Below, one piece after another: positions 62,256 to 64,000 of a stretch of 64,000 nucleotides of DNA (the stretch's first letter is position 1; each line of letters starts with the position of its first letter). Both the position numbers and the translations under genes were made by a program. The notes below the pieces were generated by a model. The model searched no databases and was not told the origin of the DNA. It saw nothing but the letters and a program-made list of their open reading frames with translations. Location of the stretch: contig CAVVFV010000012.1 in assembly GCA_963747695.1 (NCBI GenBank), forward strand, positions 98,903-162,902, in the 5' to 3' direction. The stretch is from Candidatus Falkowbacteria bacterium. GTDB taxonomy: Bacteria; Patescibacteriota; Patescibacteriia; Patescibacteriales; WJLG01.

Positions 62256-64000
62256 ATGAAAAAAATTTTATTTTTTTTCGCAATCGCGGCGGCTTCTTTG
62301 TTTTTTGGCAATTCAGTAAAAGCCGACGGAATTTATTATCATCAAATAGATCTGCAACCAGGTTGGAATGTTATTTCTGTGCCGCGCGTTGTCCAGAGTC
62401 ATCAATTTTCGGCCGCTGAAACTTTAAGCAATTTTGATATTTACGTGCTGGATAATACTAAGGCTTCCGGATGGGCGACGATGGCTGATTTGGGCCAGAC
62501 CGAATTTACGCCGCTTTACGGATATTTTATAAATAATAAAACCGGTGTTGAACAAACTTTGACGGTCAATTATAAACAATTTACGCAAAATGATAATCCT
62601 GGCAACAGATTATTTGTTAGAAATTTAACTCCTGGCTGGAATGTAATCGGCGTTGCCGATCCCGCTGATGCTCTTCCTCAGAAAGATAGCAATTCGGTCG
62701 ACACTAATAACATTCAACCTATTTTAGGATCTTTTGCCAATAATATCGATTCGATTTTGGATTTTACCGCCGATCAGTCCGATAGATCATCGGTAAAGAT
62801 AGGGGATAATTGGGGTTACGCAGTGAATGGTAATTTCAGCAGCCTTAATGATTTTAGGGAAACGAAAGCCTACGGGGTTTATGTAACCAATGCCGGAACC
62901 TATCACGGGTATCAAAATAATGACCCGATACTTATTTACGATCCGGTTAGCCTGAATTTGAAACCGGTAACCGAAACAGTGAATGGTAGCGCCAGCGGCG
63001 TTTCCTTACTTGATTTTTTTGTTAATACCGGGTATCCGATAAATTTTTATTTAAATAATGTTGACGTTAAACTTTTATCGGAAGGGATAGACGGCTCTAA
63101 TATTTCCAATTTGAGATTGAGTTGTAATAATAACAATGTTGCTGTTGTTTCTGCGCCGCTTCTCGGTGATAATTATATAACCGCCTCTTCTTCGTTGCCG
63201 GCGGGTACTTCTGAGTGCCAGGTTCTTATTGATATCAATAATGTCAATCAGACCGGCTACATTCAGGTTTCTATAAATGGTTTAGACAATCAAGCCAATT
63301 GGGGGGTTCTGGGGAACAAGATTGGTAATCAAAATATCCCCGGTGAGATAGATGGATATTCGATTTATTTTGCCCCTGCTTATGTCGTCAATCAGGCGGT
63401 TATCTCCGCTAACTCCACCGCCACTTTGACTGGATCACCTAACGACATCTACAATATCGGCGATGAAGATGCGGCGTTGGCCAGCTTCAACATCACTGAC
63501 GCTGCCGGTGTTGGCAGCTCTTTAAATAGATATTTGGTTTTGAAGTCTGTCACATTAAAGAATAACGGTAATGCTGAATTAGCCAATGTTATTAGCAATC
63601 TTGCCCTTGAAGAATCTGGCGTCAAAGTTTCCGCATTCGCCACTGTAAATGGTAAATATGTTACCTTCATTTTAGCTAACGGCGGTTTGACCATCGACAA
63701 GGGCGATGATATCACCCTGAAAGTTACCGGTGATATCATTACTGAAGATTCCAGCAATAACCAGATTCAATTCATGTTGAACAACAGTTCAGATATGGAT
63801 ATTATGGATATTGAAGAAAGTGGCAACGACTATGCTGCTACCGTTTCAACCAATGTGAATGACGCCAGTTTTAATTCCGCTAATGCCACTTTTGATTATA
63901 CTATTTTAAACGCCGGAAATGTTACAATCTCTAAGGACGCCACCAGCCCGACTCAGAAGAGCTATGTCAAGAACACCAAGGACGTTGTGGCTTTGTTAGT
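62256..64000 (+). CDS. Large secreted surface protein, N-terminal part (3' end outside the window)
   Basis: My own translation from ATG 62256 is open to the window end. It is absent from the ORF track, presumably because there is no stop. The signal peptide is MKKILFFFAIAAASLFFGNSVKA, and the rest is Asn/Ser/Thr-rich and beta-like. Confidence 0.75.
   Translation, partial: MKKILFFFAIAAASLFFGNSVKADGIYYHQIDLQPGWNVISVPRVVQSHQFSAAETLSNFDIYVLDNTKASGWATMADLGQTEFTPLYGYFINNKTGVEQTLTVNYKQFTQNDNPGNRLFVRNLTPGWNVIGVADPADALPQKDSNSVDTNNIQPILGSFANNIDSILDFTADQSDRSSVKIGDNWGYAVNGNFSSLNDFRETKAYGVYVTNAGTYHGYQNNDPILIYDPVSLNLKPVTETVNGSASGVSLLDFFVNTGYPINFYLNNVDVKLLSEGIDGSNISNLRLSCNNNNVAVVSAPLLGDNYITASSSLPAGTSECQVLIDINNVNQTGYIQVSINGLDNQANWGVLGNKIGNQNIPGEIDGYSIYFAPAYVVNQAVISANSTATLTGSPNDIYNIGDEDAALASFNITDAAGVGSSLNRYLVLKSVTLKNNGNAELANVISNLALEESGVKVSAFATVNGKYVTFILANGGLTIDKGDDITLKVTGDIITEDSSNNQIQFMLNNSSDMDIMDIEESGNDYAATVSTNVNDASFNSANATFDYTILNAGNVTISKDATSPTQKSYVKNTKDVVALL

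Noticed and set aside
63449-63757. The only track ORF (minus strand, 102 aa) in the last 1.7 kb
   Set aside because: My own translation shows a continuous plus-strand ORF from 62256 to the window end with a clear signal peptide. The minus ORF is its antisense shadow.

Overview
This is a gene-dense, moderately AT-rich bacterial chromosome segment. All calls rest on reading the sequence and on remembered family motifs; no database search or structure prediction was possible. The gene content suggests an uncultivated Patescibacteria/CPR-like lineage, which is inference only. That content includes a small housekeeping set (gap, gpmA, msrB, dnaX, dus, corA, an ABC-F ATPase, HtrA and a U32 peptidase). 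It also includes an [FeFe]-hydrogenase with a NuoF-like partner and a TM1266-type regulator, a 1,646-aa FG-GAP surface protein, large GT39-like membrane proteins, an orphan type-IV coupling-protein-like ATPase and many small unassignable proteins. No rRNA genes or CRISPR arrays are present, and there is one tRNA, tRNA-Gln(CTG) at 50336-50406. The main finding is an 11.6-kb integrated island (50408-62048) at the 3' end of that tRNA. It carries a large serine recombinase whose own 3' end contains the attachment site. Both junctions, the circular joint and the empty site can be reconstructed from the window. Inside the island, a pair of roughly 566-bp inverted repeats, each with an attP-like core and a strictly 12-bp-phased TGAAC array, brackets a much more AT-rich 5.9-kb cassette. 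The cassette has five genes: a 71-aa protein, a protein fusing a DnaA-domain-IV-like HTH to a sigma70-region-4-like HTH, a GHKL/MORC-type ATPase, a HEAT-like helical protein and a minimal HEPN-motif protein. I read this cassette as a candidate undescribed defence or abortive-infection module. The island also holds an IS481-like insertion whose removal restores the interrupted gene. Elsewhere there are three further repeat classes and one RNA candidate. First, a GC-rich palindromic element is inserted in frame in three unrelated genes, resembling Rickettsia palindromic elements. Second, a 33-bp repeat is read in two different frames of one gene. Third, hairpins containing the stop codon and AT-rich low-complexity palindromes sit at gene boundaries. 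Finally, there is a roughly 170-nt GC-rich rod-shaped candidate ncRNA.
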